64,000 nucleotides of DNA. Source: Perna viridis (lineage: Eukaryota). The position numbers were made by a program, and so were the translations under genes. How positions within the stretch are numbered: position 1 is the first letter of the stretch; every line of letters begins with the position of its first letter. This document shows positions 24,901 through 39,700 of this stretch, one piece after another. The notes below the pieces were generated by a model. That model had not been told where the DNA came from. It searched no databases and saw only the letters and a program-made list of their open reading frames with translations. Location of the stretch: assembly GCA_037379345.1 (NCBI GenBank), contig CM074511.1, positions 37,082,862-37,146,861 of the forward strand, given 5' to 3'.

Positions 24901-27900
24901 TTACTTGTATTCCTGGTATTAGCTGGTAAAGCTTGTGAACAGGTTCTGATCATTTGTATGGTCAAAATCTATATTGTTTGCTTCAAATTTTCATGCCTGG
25001 AATCTTGAAGTGCAAAAAAAGCCTGATGTTGGTATATGTTGAGTCATTTTTCTTTGAAGGATGTGATGGAAGTTGATGCCTAGTATGTGGTTTTATAGAG
25101 TTGTACTACAGAACTTTGGGATAGAATGCAAATACATATGGCGACTGTATCTAAGATATTTATCTGACTTGAGTTATTTTGTCCTGATATCCTATATTTA
25201 TAACCAATTTAGTAATTACTGTATCATGTCATAAAATTGTGCAAATATTTCTGTAAAAGATGCATGATTAGTATGAAAAGAATCTAACTGGAACTCATGG
25301 ATGTAGATTTATTACCTGAGGTTTATTACAATGCACCATCGTAATCCAGGCAAGAATGGCAAAACATTGTAAAATGTTATCTTAGATGGACAGGTGATTG
25401 AATTTTATTTGTCATAAGTTGTTCAGAACTTGTTAAAAAGGAAGATGCTAGCGTGCTTATCCTAATTAACTCCACATTTACCCTGTACAAAGGTGTCTGG
25501 TTGTGTAAAAAAGGGAGATTGCATGACAGAATCATTTAGTATTTCCCCCGTTGAGTTCTCCATTTAATTTGATACCATAATAGTCAGTGGGCCTATTGTT
25601 GTCAAATCTCAACCATGTACTCCACAGGTCAAGTCTGTCATCAACTACTGAAATTGTTTCCTAATTAAGAAAAGTCATCACAATTAACTAGCCACAAGCC
25701 CAGGAAAGACATAATAGGGAAAAATACATTAAAATTTTAAAAACCCTAGGATCTTATTCATATTGTATTCTCTCATTGACAAACACATTTATTTCTTTGC
25801 CTTAACCCCAACCCCTTGTTGGAGGTATGAACCTACAAGTCTGTTGAAACGAAAGGAATAGTTTTCTCATGGAAATTATATTTTAATGTGAGTGAACAAA
25901 GCATATGGTAGGTCATAATTAGTTGAGTTTATTAAATTAAAAAGCAATAAAAATCCTATAAGGAGGTACTTCTCATTGAAATGAATATGTCTCTTTCTGC
26001 ATATTATGTTCTATGCCTCATCAACTGCTTGGTGCTATAACAGAGAGAGATAACTTTGATATACTGCCTTCAGAGTTTGTGAAAATATTATACATAGAAG
26101 AAGAAGAAATGTTATTATTTCTTTCTATACCTACTTCTATACTTTTATAACATTTGGACCTTTAAACATGGTTTAGCCTGTCTAAACTGATTTGGCTGAA
26201 AAAAGAATCAGAGGGGTCAAATAAGTTCAGTGAAAGTGTTATTCATTTCAAGAAACCAAAATAAATTTATAGTTTCTCAGCAAATTATTTTATTTAATCT
26301 TATTTAAAATTGATCCAGTTCAAAGCATACTTAATTTTGAAATAACCATTCTATGATGCTGAATGGTTTCAATGTCTATTTTCATGAGGTAACACCTCAA
26401 TTTGAGCTTTTCATCAAATACTTCCTGGCCCAAATATTTTCAAATAATAGTTGCTTGAGGAAAATCTCTTATGAGAAAGTTTATTATGAAACCAGAACCA
26501 AGAGGTGGTACATTTGTTTTAAAGACAATCTAAGTATCTGGGAAGTATATAGTCATTAATACATGTAAAAAGAATTATCATATGGATAAAACTTGATGGA
26601 TTTTCAATTTACTTAAGTTTTTAAAATATTTAGAATTAACTGAAATGATTTTATCTGGAAAGCTTTAGGCTGTTTCTAATAGTAATTTTGTTATCAGTTT
26701 TCATAGAGTTGTTTGAGTACAAGTATTACATTTTGTTATCTGTTTCTTATACTTAAGATTTCTGAAATTTTAAATTAATTCATTTGAATACAATTAACAG
26801 TGTTGTTCTGATAAAATAATGGCATTCTAGAGAATCAGACTGTTTTGATGAAAATGAATTGCTTTAAATACTTCTGGTTGCATGTCTTGTGGCCTTGGAC
26901 CTTCCTTGTGCATAACTCAGTTGCAAAAATTCATCATATGCACAACTTTCACACAAGCTATATATTAACCTACCTCAAATCCTATTAGCTTGATAATAAA
27001 TCTCTGTTTATTTTCCCAGCAACTTTATTTATTTGTCATCTCAGAATATATTTTTGACATGTTAAAGCATTTACATATGAGAAAGTAGAAATATGACTAA
27101 ACCCCTTGCTGAGAACAATCATCAAATCTAATGCAATGAAAACATTTCAAATTTCAAGAATTTGATTGATTGTATGTTTCTAAGGTGTTTTACTTTTACA
27201 GGTGTTTGTAGGAGTAGGGATTAAATTTTACTGTTTTTATGATAAAATACATGTCAGTTGACTGACATGGGGTCAAGATCCTGAAAATCTGAGAATAAGT
27301 ACACATTGCAAAGAGAAATCTGACCTTTCCATTTGAAGGTTTTCTGCACTCTCCTATCTGACAAGAGGAATCTTAGCCATTATTCTGTAGAAAAAAATTA
27401 CTACAAAGGTTTTGAAATTACACACATATAAAATTTATCAAAGTTAAGCTGATACTCTTCTCTACTAGTTTGTGTGAGGGTTAAGTCCTTTAGATGTCAA
27501 AACCTTTGAAACAATAGAATTTCCGGCTTTGATGAAATTGAATAGACATCAAATGAAACAAATATGATATTGGTCTGACATGTCTGAACTTAGGATGTGA
27601 AATATTTGAAATGCTCTAATCACATTTTCACTCCATGTGTGTGACATATATAAGATATTTTTCATAGATTTTTTTTCCTTTAGATTAAATCTCAAAAACT
27701 TGAAAACTAAACTTTATCTAATAAGAGGGATCTTTCTATTTGTCAGAGATAATGCATGCGATGCACCTCTGAACTCATAAGATTTTATCTTATCAATTAG
27801 GTTTTTATTTCATTTAATAAAACATATAATATTACAGCTGATAGATTTAATATTTATTTTCAGTGTTATATCTAAAATATCCCACAGTTATTACAGAATA

Positions 27901-28511
27901 TACCAGACAGGGTTTCAAAACCTACATGTGTGCTTTCCTATTGATTTGGTTTTATTGATATGGACTTAAATTCTTAATTGATTTATTTGTGTTTTAGTGT
28001 CTTCAAAGATACAACTGAGCAATGGGTACAATGAAGTCAAAGTGTACATTTTCTAAACTGCTTCAATAATAAGTATATTCCTGACTTCTAGATAAGATTT
28101 TTTATCCAAGGTTTTGTTTTGAAATTCTCTGTGCATAAGCCATGATATTTTTATTGTTTTAAAAAAGTTTCTGAAACAGAAACTGGGGTGTTTGGTACAT
28201 TGTTACAATATTCCTCAGAGGAGTGATCTCTCTATTTGACTTCTTTGCAAGAGTTTTGTTGTCTGTCTGTAAATACTAGGCCCCAGTACCAGAAGTTTAG
28301 TCTCAGAATATTGTTTACTGCCTGTGACATTATTAAATCCCACAACTTTGATCTGTGTTGTCATGGAAGTTAAGAAATATTAGATTTAAGTATTTTAATG
28401 TTTATGACACACAGGGCAGAATCATTGCATTTCATTTTCTTTGAGGAGGTGCAGGTTTCTTATTGATAGTTTTAGATGCATGCTTTTGACACACAAACTA
28501 GCAAGATATTA

Positions 28512-28755
28512 TGTTATACCCTCCAAAAAGTTGCATGTCCATCTGTCTGTCGGTTTCCAGATGATAACTTATGAATGTATCTATGCTTCTTTTTAAAAAA
28601 AACTTTGTACAGTTATTTAGTACCATAAAATACAGGTTTAGTTCAAAATCCAAAATGCAGTTATGATGCATGGTAATTTTGAACATTTTGCCACACTTTT
28701 TTTTTCACCATTACATGGGAGGTATCATTTAATGTTCCATTAATGCCCTATTTAT
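28512..28755 (+). mobile_element. Short HINE-like relic
   Basis: Subterminal inverted pair ataccctcc (about 28516) / ggaggtat (about 28718), with tgtccatctgtctgtc and ggtttccagatgataact inside. Confidence 0.5.
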
Positions 28756-29077
28756 AGATATGTACATGGAAATGAAATATTATTACATCCACAATGGATG
28801 TGTTAATAGACTTATCCCCATCACCACAAAGCTTCAAAAGTTATTGTGAAATCCCAAAATGTTGTTAGGAGTTACCAATGAAATTAAGAATGGTCTCAGA
28901 CTTAAGTATTTTTGAAAATTGTGGTGTTAAAGCCAGTAAATGTTCTATATTTGACAAGGAATATAGTGGAGTAGTGTTATGTTGAATGACTGTATCAGTA
29001 CATTTTTTTTTTATTCCTGCTAGAATCTTTATTCCCTTGATTACTTATTCAGTACCATTTATTGTTTTCTTTTACAG

Positions 29078-29137
29078 AACTGAAGCTGAAGTCACAGTGC
29101 TTATTATTAAGTGTTTACTCCATACTCCTCCTGCAAG
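29078..29137 (+). CDS. 60-nt coding exon (phase 1/1) encoding the signal-peptide core (E)LKLKSQCLLLSVYSILLLQ
   Basis: Strong acceptor ttattgttttcttttacag| and consensus donor CAAG|gtaagt. The frame is open and encodes basic residues followed by a hydrophobic h-region. Confidence 0.75.
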
Positions 29138-32100
29138 GTAAGTCAATGACTACAGCCTGAAAGCATTGTGAAAACTGGTATTGGAAAATTTATAGCACAT
29201 GTATTTTGTGAAGCCCTTCACGAAATCAGATGTTTTAAAATAATTTCTTTGTTGACTTTCTCCAAGGAGGGTTTTTTATCAGTTGTTCGCATATTATTCC
29301 AAGGAGGTGAGGTAAAATATGCATTTACATGTTCTAAAGCAATGAAAACATAAAAACTTAATTGATAGTCATCTCAGTTAAACCAGCGTTTGTTGACATA
29401 AAATTTCGAGTAGAGTGTTGTTTGCTCTTTGGCTGACTTTGTATTCAATGTTATGTAATCAGGTTTTTGAAGGAGCAACTATCTTGTAAGGTGACTAAGT
29501 GAAAATTTTGGAAGACTTCTTGATCAATTTAGGATGCCATTTTACCACCAATGTAAAAGTATATATTTATTGCATTTCATGATTTTCTGATATCAATAAA
29601 CTTTTCAAACACTTTCAAAACATGTGTTAGGCTATTAACCAATTTTCATATTTAATATGATACATATTGGTGCTTATAACAAATGATTTCACTATCACCT
29701 TAATACCACACACCCAATATAATGGTTCAGTAATATATAATGATTACATTCCCTTAATTGTTGAAGGATAATTTTAATGTCTGTGGAAGGAAATGCAAGA
29801 AAAAAGAAAGAAAAAAACTACCAATAATTTGTATAAAAATAGATTTTTTTGCTATCTTTTAGGTGAGATTTGTAAATTAAACATGAGGGGAATCAATAAA
29901 TGTTTATTTTATGCCCATTTCATTGGTTCTGTAAGAATAAAACAGTAAGCTACGAACATATCTGTGTTATTTTCTGTGAAGTCATAAAGACTGTGTTTAC
30001 TGCATCTAATGTGTGAATTCTGATGAAAATACTGTAGTCAGGTACCAGACAGCTGGAGTACGAAATCATGCAGTTTTAAATTAGGGTTTTATTTTTGGTT
30101 TGTTTTGTTTTATTTTTTAAGTATGAAATGCTCGAAGAGAATTATAACTATACTTGTGTTCTTTATGATCCACAGAGTCTTTCTTTACTAGTGGTTGATT
30201 ATGCTCTTATTTCTAAAACTTAAAAATTTTGGAGCCTCTCACTTGAATGCAAATGAATTTTAACAATTTACACCTTAAGCTGAGGCAGTGTTCCATTGTA
30301 TTAAAAGCATGATGAAAGGTATGATAAGATGGAACTGTGTTGAAGAATAACAACAAACATGAATTTCAACAAGCCAGAAAGTATGTTTGTGTTACAAAAT
30401 AAGAGAATTAAAAGATTTTATGGAAAATCTTTCATCAATGCAAACACATTATCTATCAAGTTATCTACTTTTTTAGCATCAAAGTAGAAGAAATAAAAAG
30501 TGCAGAGCTTTTTTTTATTGTTTACGGCTGACTGATATCTGCGATAACAAGCTTTACATAACATAGAAAAGAATATTTTGAATTAGAAAACTGTATGGGA
30601 AAATTATACAATGCAAGTCCATTTTTGAGCTCAAATGAAAATTATATTTCATTTAATTCATTTCTATTTTATGCTAACTACATGTATTTTTATGTCATAA
30701 ATCTCAAAAATATGACGTAAAACATTAGTTAGATTCAAAATGGAAATGAAAAATTTACAATTTATGCATGCTTTTCTTCATAAAAATGTCCAACATCTTT
30801 AAATACATAGTAATAAATTAAGTACTTTTCAAGTAATAAAGTAGAGGATATTGCGTAATTGGCAAGAACTTTCCCATTCTTTAAATGTTCCTTACATCTT
30901 CAGTGTTCACATTCTAAAGTTTTCTGATAGTTTAGTAAAGCAGAATAATAGACTGTGCCCCAGGATAAGAACTGAGGTCAAGAACTCATATATATCCAAG
31001 ATGTCATATTTTTTGTAAAAAAGTAAATCTATTTGATGGCATGTGATTGTCATAATTTAAAAAAATACATATTCAAATCTATCCAATTCAAAGCAGCTTT
31101 AAATCAGAGTTTTGATTTATGATTTTACAGCTTGGGGATTCTTAAAAATACATGTAGGTAAAATTTACATCCTATATATATGTAATGTGACCATTCTAAA
31201 CATTGAACCTGCATAACTAATTTGTGGCTACATCATTACTTCATATATTTGGTTATTTTGTATTCTAAAATTGAAGAGTTTCTTGAATTATGGCTGATCT
31301 ACAAAATGAAATTTGTGATGGCTTTTTGACATACAAGAAAAAACATGAACTGATGTCCTTTTGGTTTAAACCCAGTAGTAATCAAACAGTAGAACATCTA
31401 ATTTTTGGAAGACAGACAATAAAATGCCTCCTTTGTTTGGCTTATAATAGAAAAATAGATTGAAGAATTAAAGAACTAATGTTATTCCTCTTCAGTAATC
31501 ATCATGTTCCAACAAAGGCTACCAATAAATATTATCCCTGACCATCAATCAGAAATATTCTTAATGAAACAGAATCCTTTAACTGATATCAGAATGAGAT
31601 CATGTCTTCTAAAACAAAGATGACCATCAAAATGTTTCAGAATCACACAATTGAAAAAAATTATCTATTAGAAGGGTCGTCTTGGGTCAAATCTAGGGTC
31701 ATTGTAAGGTCACAGGCCAGCTCACATAAATAACTTGTTTAATTGTACATGCCAAAATAAGTGAATTACACTTAGTAATTGGAAGAGAGTCACAAAGAAT
31801 TTAAATTGAAATATTTTGACGACTAGTTTGTGTTAGCTGTGGGTAATTGTATATTATTTTCATTGGTCACTGGTCTTTTGTATAAATCATGATGTCCAGC
31901 AGACTTTGAAATGTTAGTTGACACTTCTGCTGTCATGGGTCTGTGGGCAGAGCTCAGTTGTGCATGATGTGGATTTCTGTAACGTATATCAAATTTCTCA
32001 CTCTTCTATCCAATATAAAGTATAATTGAAAAGATATACTTCTTTTTGGTCATTTGTTAGTTTAAAAGTGATTCATATGCCCAATGGTCATTTGAGTGAT

Positions 32101-32686
32101 TATCTTAGATGGAAAGCTGAGATACCAAAGTACAAATTCTGTAATTTTAGGAATTAATTCACACATTCAAAGGTTAGTTATGTTCTCATTCAGCTTATCA
32201 ATTGTCTTGAAAATAAGCTTCATATATATCACATATATCCTTTAAAAATTCTCAAAATCCACAACAATATTTTTTTTCAAATTTTAGTTTGTTTCATAAC
32301 AGTATGTCGTACTTCAGCTGTTTAGTAGTGTCAGTATTCTACAAAGTTGACTTTTATTCAATCTAACCCCTGTTTTGGTGTTGTCTTTTCAAATTTGAAA
32401 TCTATCCAATTGAAATATTTCTGCAGTGAAATCATGACTATGGAGAGAGACTTAATCTAGAATGAACTGTTAATGAAGAGTGTATGTTCTGGATGAGTTG
32501 GAAACTTTTATCATCAACTTTACCCTTATCATATCCATGGCAGTGTTGCATTCTGGAGTAAACATTGCAAAGGAATAAATTAGCTCAAATACAAGATTAC
32601 AAAAGCCAAGTAGAGGTCTTACATACCTTCTTATGTTCAAATTTTTTATTGACTGAGTTGTTTTGGGAATTAGTAATATGAAAATA

Positions 32687-32849
32687 TAGTGAAACCTGTC
32701 TATACTGAACCCTTTTGAACTTCAAAATTGATTTGGTTAGACAGGTGTTTGGTGTGCCAAGCTTTAAAATACATTTTAACTGATACATTGTATAAGGGAC
32801 TTAGTTAGTGATTTAGACAATTCTTGGGCTATCTAGACAGGCTTCATTG
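32687..32849. mobile_element. TA-flanked MITE (Tc1/mariner-pogo type termini), family copy 1
   Basis: ta|TAGTGAAACCTGTCTA ... TAGACAGGCTTCATTG|ta: an imperfect 16-bp TIR with TA on both sides. Confidence 0.75.
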
Positions 32850-33467
32850 TATTTTCAATTAGCCTGTTTATCAACTGGCAGCACATCCTTGCCAGTGTCC
32901 AGATCTCATGTAAGCCAAGATGTTTTTCTGATAAACTATTATCACAATATTTTGAATCTGCAGTAAATATCAATATTTTTTTAATGCAAAAACTATTATT
33001 TTCTTGATATCCTATACCAAGAAAATCAAAGCCATGAAGTTTACTTAGCAACAAGACTTGTTTTGTTTGGGTTATACAAAGAATTTGTGTTTATATTATC
33101 AAAATATTTCAAGCTTGCAGTAAGATATTTGTTTTATTGTCTTGATATAAAACAAAAATGTGACTCACAAAAGAGGGAGAGGTTTTCCCTTTAACCATCC
33201 AAAACATATACATATTATTAATATATAAACTGATCTTTCAGCAATATCAACTTCAGCCCAAGAGTCAACCCTTAGAGTCAGTTATTTTAATTGCTGCTTG
33301 AATAGAATAGCATAGTTTATCATGTTTGATAATAAAGGTTTTAATTATACTGCAGCTGACCAGATTGTAGTTTTGATGAAAACTTACAGGATTTAGAACA
33401 ATACCTTCACTGTAGGAGTTCATGCAACTGTAGCGTAGTCTGACTAGAACTGTCCTGAATCCCACTC

Positions 33468-33731
33468 AGTCATCATGGTGTCTGTCCATCCATCCCTTCA
33501 TCCATATACATTTGTATTCATCCTTCCATTTGTCTATCAACAACTTTTTTGTTACAGTTTTCTCTGTAACTACACTATTTAGTATTTTATTAGAAACTTT
33601 ATATAGGTATGCCATATTATGGGAATTGATTTCAGACTGAAGTGACATCAACTTCCTATTTATGACTTTATTTTGACCTGTGGTTACTGGGATGAGAAGT
33701 GGGGGTATTAGTGAACTCAGAGTTCTTGTTT
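33468..33731 (+). mobile_element. HINE-like relic
   Basis: tgtctgtccatccatcc tract, ttttctctgtaactac, catcaacttcctattt and a 3' gtgggggtattagtgaactcagagttcttgttt (subterminal repeat, hairpin, T tract). Confidence 0.55.
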
Positions 33732-36700
33732 CTAAGATTATCAGTGTTCTGATTTTATTCCATTGTGAGAAGTAACCAAGTAGATATTGGAGCTGACTGC
33801 ATCTTTTTGAAGTCAAAACATAGAATTTTTTTTCCCTTTTCCTGCCCTTCAGTCTTTAATTTTCAAAATTCATACCACTGAATAATCTTCAAATGAAAAA
33901 TACCAATCTATTTAGATAAGAATCAATAGGAGAATGTATGTTTAAACATGTAGTAAATTGAAAGATATGATATTGATTACCATTGTTATCAAATCTTCCT
34001 CTCATATAGTCTTAATCTGCAGAACTATGATAAAGTATCATTTCTCAGTCATACTGACATCAGAGGAAGCTGAAATTGATAGTAGATAAAAAAAAATACA
34101 GGAGATACATTTCAAGTTACTGTATATTAAATTGGTTTTTGGCTCTTAGAAATGGATTCAATTTAGACAGGATTATATGTACTGCCAACAAAGTTGCATG
34201 CAGGCTGTTTTAAGTGACATTTTTTACTATGTCTCTATTTGTCCATCCCATGTTTGCTATAAAGCATTTTCTTTAAATGCTAATATTTTTTTTTAACTAT
34301 CAAAATATATATGGCATTTAATTGCTCTTGCATGTTAGACTTAGTCTACGAAAACCTTTTTTACCAGTTTTTTTTTCACTGTGGGTAATGGATCATTGAC
34401 ATTAGACAGTACAATGTTGGTATCATGCTGTTGTCATTACTGTTGTATCTGACATTCAACCTTAAAGCAGTTCTTCTACTTGAGTTGAGTATCGAAGATG
34501 CTCAACATACTATGAGTCCAACTTATTTATACGTTGTTCATACTTAGTGTAACAATAGTGTTGCTATACTTACATTTTTATTTTTCACCTCTAGGATAGC
34601 AACCTTCTCTATGATGTAAATATATTATCAATAGTGATGATGTGATATCATATTGTTTGTGTTTCTAGATTCTATCTACTAATACATTTATAACCTTAAG
34701 CAAGGGATAAGTCATAACTAATTGTTTAATGCCATTCTTCGTTATTATCTAGTTCGTCTGTATTATTAGGGTTCATAGATACAGCTTACTGCTTTGTTTC
34801 CACAATAAGTTACATCAAGATGATGTATTATGATTCATAAGAGTTTGGGATTCTTTTGAAGCTAGCATTGATATTGATAAAGACGTCTTTATTCAAAACT
34901 AATATTCCGCTTGACTGTGTACTTTTTAATGTTGATAAAAATATAAGTAAACTTGCACATTTGCTACATAGCAATGTGATAATAATAGCCTGTGAGTTTT
35001 GTTTGTAATGAGAGATTAGAAACCTGCATTTTGCATCAAGTTGTCAAAATTTTTCGGCTGATTGGTAATAGAGTGATAGCTACTGTAGGTATATTTTAAT
35101 GTAACCATAATCAGTTTTATTCTGGGTTGTAAGAACGGCAGGTGATTTTAGTATCAAAGTCATGCATAACTTGAATATAAATTGAACTCTATAGACATAG
35201 TACTTGATAATTCAACAGGGAGCTAGTTAAAGGAACAATTGTTCTACCAACTGCACTATCTATCAAGAATTCCTGATGGTAAATGGCAAGAATTTTGGTA
35301 ACATTACAAAACCTCTAATACATTTTGATAAATGAGATTTCAAACCGTCAATTTTCTTATTTTGACTTTTACCTGATGACTTTACCACACTTTTTCAGAA
35401 AAACCAGACATTTTTGATATATTATGTACAAATGATATAATTTATAATTGTTTGTATGATGTTTAAAAAAGGAAAGGCTGCTTCCAGACTCTTTTCTCTC
35501 AGGGTAATAAAACTGACATTATTTTGTAATACTCGCATGCACTTTTATTTTTGTTACTCAGTTTTTGGGGCATTTAATCAATTTTTGCATAAATGCATAT
35601 GAGAATGATATTTAGCTGTAGAATTTTTATGACATTTTCATTTGAATTTCATTATTCTAGTTTTGCATTTATGTCTTCATTACCATATGTGCTGCATGAT
35701 TTAGTAGTTCTACCCAGCTGTTGAAATGCTATTATTTTGGTCTCTAATTTTTCACAATTTTATAGAAATTTTATGCAAATTGTAGGTGTTCTTTAATTTG
35801 ATCATTCTTGTTAAAAACATAAAAAATCAAGGGAGGTAACTCAAGATACAAGAAACAAATAATTTGCTTTTGAATGATATCATATTTTCAGTTCATAATT
35901 AATATAAGCAATAATTAATCTTTTTCCTAAAAAAACTACCATACATCAAATTTTTTTTGTGGTTGTCCATGTCGTACAGCTTTGACTTCTAAGGCATAAA
36001 TGCTATCAGAGTGTATTTATGGTCCATACACTGAAAACGTATAGTTATTTAGAAGATTTTATCGAGCATTTTAGGAACTTACATGTTACTTACTTCCCTT
36101 TGTTATATGATGAAGTAGATTTTATTTAAGACATATGTCTCATCTAAAGGAAAATATCAGTTCAAAATCTAAAATATGCAGCTAACTATATTAAATGGAA
36201 ATGTCAGGCTTCAAAGCTAGTAATAATTTGAAATATCGCACATTTGAATAAGATCCTCTTTGAGAGTTGATTAATATCTTTTGAAAGTAAGACTAGGCTA
36301 ATTATTTGCCTGTTATATACTTCTTGTCAATGATGGAGGTTTCAAGTAGCTGCAAACATTTTTTGTGCTATATTGTTTAAGTTGAATACAAGTTAGTTTA
36401 GTGTTTGGTAGCTCTGGGCAGGTTTTGGAAGGACGTAGTGATGAATTCTTTTCTCATGACTGTAGGCTATAATTAAAATGGTAGATTTCTTTCACATGTT
36501 TGGTAATTCTGTAGGTATTTTTTAAACAGAACTCTCATATTTGAATGGAAAATTATCTAAAATGTCAATTTTCTACTCTTGATACTGTGAAACTATGAGA
36601 GAGTTACTGAAGAATATCTTTTGCTTGTTCCTATATTTCAGGAGGATAAAGGAATTCATAAAGGGGCATTGAATAGCTCACTCTTTTGATTAATGTTTTT

Positions 36701-39700
36701 TTCCCTATATAATCAACCAAACCTTTTGAGGAAAAGGGGCAAGGCAGCTCCTATGGCCCCTTGGAAACACCTATAATTTTAACCAGGAAGTATGCTTCAA
36801 TTTATCTATCATGGAACTGGAAATTCAGTGATGTACTATGCATTGTGTTTTCATTTATTTTAAAAGAAACCTGATGAAATTTATCATTGTATTGTGATAT
36901 TTGTTGTTAATGAGTGATTACCTCCCTTTTTACCCAAAAACTTAAATCAAAAAGAATCAAAAGAGAACAATTTATTTGTTAGCTATGTATAATATATCTT
37001 GTTGGAAGATTCACCTTTCTTGTCAAAGTGCAGTTTTTTATGACATGCATTATTTCATTCAGTCTTAAAATTATCACCATTACAAATCTTAAATTGAAGG
37101 ATAGATGATACTTCATTTCTTTGTAGATTTAAAGTGGTATAAATTTTGTAAGTGTTTCACATTGGGTGGCCGCTAGTTTTATTGTTCCTTTATATCAATG
37201 ACTTAATTGATTGTAACATTTGAAAGACCGTTTTGATGCAGTTGGTATCATTTGTACAGAATGTATAATTGAAGATAGACATAAATAGTTTTGAAGAGGC
37301 AATTTGATTTGATTATGTTATTTATATTTTAGTAATGAATGTAGGGTGTATTGGAATGGCATCTAACATTTTGTAGGTATTTATTGCCATTTAATTTTCA
37401 GATTTGCATTAATCATTTAATATAAGAATTGATTTAGTCACTTTGTCTTTATTTAATTTGCTACATTAATCTGTAGTAGAAGATGTTCTCCTATCACCAC
37501 AACCAAACTTTAATCACCATTCTGCTTTGAGAAAAACAAAAAGCATGTACTTTTGGGGGGTTGATTATGATAAGATTATAGTTAAGATTTCTTATCCAGC
37601 CCCTGTATCCAAGGTTTTAACTTCCAAGGCACCTGCTTGATGATGACTAACCAAAAAATAAATCTGGGAACAATATTTCAACAGTATAAGCTGTTAATGT
37701 TTGGCATAATGTGTTTTACTTTACTATAATATGCATAAAACTTGTTATATTTCATTTGCAAATTAACTGGAATTCAGATTTAGAATTTTTATTTTACTAT
37801 CAAAACAAATAGTATACTTTGTTGCCTGAGGACAATCAACATTCTAAAGTGTAAGTCAATTTGTAGATGGTGTTGTTAAAAGAATGATCTTAGGATTATA
37901 TCAAAGACTTTGACTAGGCTTTGAATTAATTTTGACGTTATGTAATCAACTGCTACAATTGTGAGTTGCATCATATCAGAAAATTTGATCAGCTTCATGC
38001 GGAAATAAAACTGAAAGGAATGGATTGATTTGACAGTAAAATATGATATGAAACCATGACAGAATATATATCAAAGTTGTTTTCTGTGTAATTGTGGTAG
38101 ACCTGCTGTCATTATGCCACATTTGTCATTTATGCCATTTATATTTTAACACCCTATGTTTCTACTGTTAGTTTATCTAAATACTTAGAAATCTTTCAGC
38201 AGTGGTAACAGTCATGTTAAAAGTCATTTTATAAAATCAAATGGTGTAAAATACAGAAATGTGTGCTTATAGTGAAAGGGGGCCTTATCTTTAGTCTTGC
38301 ATGGCATGGAAGGTGTTGCCTTTTGATTTTGGTTTGGCTAACTACTAAGCTTGTAACAAGTCTCATAAGGTTAGGCTGCGGTGAAGCTAAGTTGAACTAC
38401 TTTTTTCAAGAGTGCAGGCTGTTTAAGCCAAACAATGTCATATACGAAGGACCTATGTTGCAATTGTTTTCATTTTAAAAGTACTTTCTTTATAAAGTTT
38501 CTTTTCTCTGAAACAGTAAAATCTGCAATGTTCTTTGATTTAATACACTTTTTCAAAATGAAGAATGGCAAGCATTAGGGTAATTTAGTGAATCACAGGG
38601 TTTCTGTTTCACAATTAGAATTTTGCCATTGTGAAACAGCTAGTCTCTCTTTGTGGAGAAGAATTTGCAATTAGCAGTAAAAGCAGTCATAATTAATATC
38701 AGAAATACTGTATTATAAAGATGTAAATATGATATAAATTGCTACACACTTCAATGTTAAGCTTTGACAGTGATACATCTGTATTCTATCCCAGTCTCAT
38801 TTCAGTACTTATTTGTTTCATGTTTGAAGTTCTGTCTCCTCTCAAGATCTTATGGGTCACCATATTTCATTTTAATTTGGCATTAATGATTTGATGGAAT
38901 ATGTAATTATACTTGGATCATATGTTTTGTATTTTGTTAGGGTGTAAATCGTTGTTTATAGTTTTCCACAAAACACAAACTTTTAAAATGATATACTTGT
39001 TCTATAATGTTTGGCATTCTCCATCTGCCTGATGCCACATCATAGTATCATGTCATCTGCTTTATTTTATTAGAAACATTGCTTTCATCATTAAAGTTAC
39101 TTTGGATTTTGGTTATTGCCTTGATTAATGATTCCTCTGAAAGGCCCATATTATCTAGGTAGTTGTGTTGTCTGAAACCTCCCAATTACCCAAGCTGTCT
39201 ATATGTAGCAGAGTTGAAATTACTGTGTTGATACTTTTCAGTTGAATAAGTGGTTAGATGAATGAGTTGCCTGTACTAAATTTTTTTCCTAGATTATAGG
39301 TGAGTTACCTAGTTAATTTGTCTTTATAATCTGTAAAGCATTACAAACCTACAGACCGTAATTGTGAGGCTGTTCCTATTTTACCATAATTTATAAAATG
39401 GTTCGCTATGAGAAATTCTTGTTTTATTATGCATTATATGTTGATAAAGCCTTGATCAGTTCATCTAAAAACGACACATGGCCATTAGACTTGAAAATGG
39501 TTTTATACCGAAAGTCTCTGATGACTGAACTTATTAAGTATCTACTGCAGATACAAAAATACGACCAATTGATTAGATTAGTACCTTTACCATTTGACTT
39601 TTTGATTAAAAAAATTCAAAAATTTTATCATCAGTCAGAAAAATTTAAAAACTTTATACAAGATAGGAAAAATATTACACTCATGAGAAGGTTTATATTT

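Noticed and set aside
34483-34506. Hairpin gttgagtatc-gaa-gatgctcaac
   Set aside because: It most likely represents the terminal inverted repeat of a decayed HINE-like element, and it is too short for an RNA gene.
38604-38639. 12-bp perfect inverted repeat ctgtttcacaat/attgtgaaacag
   Set aside because: It is real but short, AT-rich and isolated, with no supporting context for function.
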